A stretch of 64,000 nucleotides of DNA from Octopus vulgaris (Eukaryota), in NCBI GenBank assembly GCA_951406725.2, contig OX597814.1:81406001-81470000 (forward strand), in the 5' to 3' direction. How positions within the stretch are numbered: position 1 is the stretch's first letter; the number at the start of each line of letters is the position of its first letter. Position numbers and translations under genes: made by a program. The notes beneath the pieces are model-generated. The model worked only from the letters and a program-made list of their open reading frames with translations, did not search any database and was not told the DNA's origin. Shown here in pieces: positions 63,293 to 64,000 of the stretch.

Positions 63293-64000
63293 GGTATGTA
63301 TCCATATACATACATAATTATATACATATCTACCTATGCACACACAAACATACACACATACATACACACACATACATACAACAGGTTTTATAAAGAGTTT
63401 TTACCTACCAAATTGCACTCACAAATTTCACTCACCAAATTTCAACCAAAGACTAAAGTAAAAATCACTTGACGTGATTGAGGAGAAGATATCATAACCA
63501 CACTTCTGTGCTTGCATCTATAAATAAAATAGTTTCATAAACATTAACAATGACATTGGCCAACCAAAGACATCTGACATGATTGGGAAGGGAACTTCAT
63601 ATCCACATATCCACGCCTGTACCTATAAATAAAACCATTTTATAAATATTAACAATAGAAGTCTTTTGCTTTAGTGAAGTGGTAAAGGGATTTAAGATAA
63701 TGCCATATATCAATATTCCATGATATCATATATTATTGGTTTTTAACCTTTGAATTCTTTATATGAAGTCTAAATATATTTTCATTGACAGAATGAATAC
63801 ATCATATTATCTTAACAGCAGCAGATTCCTCCAAATAAAGCACATATACATGCATACACATACTTCACATGCATGCACGCATACACACACGCACGCACAC
63901 ACAATTTTTTTAGTTATTTTTTAGCATATTTTTTGTTTTGTTCCCTTGTTTATTTTTTAACATATATCAACTTTATTCATTGACTGCATAATATTTAACC

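Overview
Eukaryotic, AT-rich, microsatellite-rich, non-genic-looking DNA. The SINE families and the (CA)n/(TA)n/(CATA)n load look like an Octopus/cephalopod genome (inference). No host protein-coding gene can be called, and most ORF-track entries are microsatellite or antisense artefacts. There are three zones. (1) About 0-31 kb: a decayed tandem/inverted array of a roughly 1.5-3 kb unit. Each copy carries a broken ORF with a charged coiled-coil region followed by the Helitron RepHel N-terminal Cys motif (about 14 copies seen); SINEs, MITEs, Tc1/mariner and Tigger elements interrupt the array. (2) About 31-47.5 kb: nested transposon remnants (RTE, pogo, Chapaev3-like, hAT with LINE and MITE inserts), a nearly complete compact Ty3/Gypsy element, and an ~830 bp palindrome made of two MITE copies. 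(3) About 48-64 kb: a CpG-depleted domain, probably a methylated gene body or intron, with old LINEs and SINEs. The most striking signal is in the Gypsy element. It has no TGG-type primer-binding site. Instead, the 12 nt abutting the LTR are the exact complement of the 5' end (nt 1-12) of tRNA-Phe, implying priming by a 12-nt 5' tRNA fragment. It also has a textbook G_GGA_AAC plus hairpin -1 frameshift signal. Coordinates of degenerate repeats were read by eye and are approximate.
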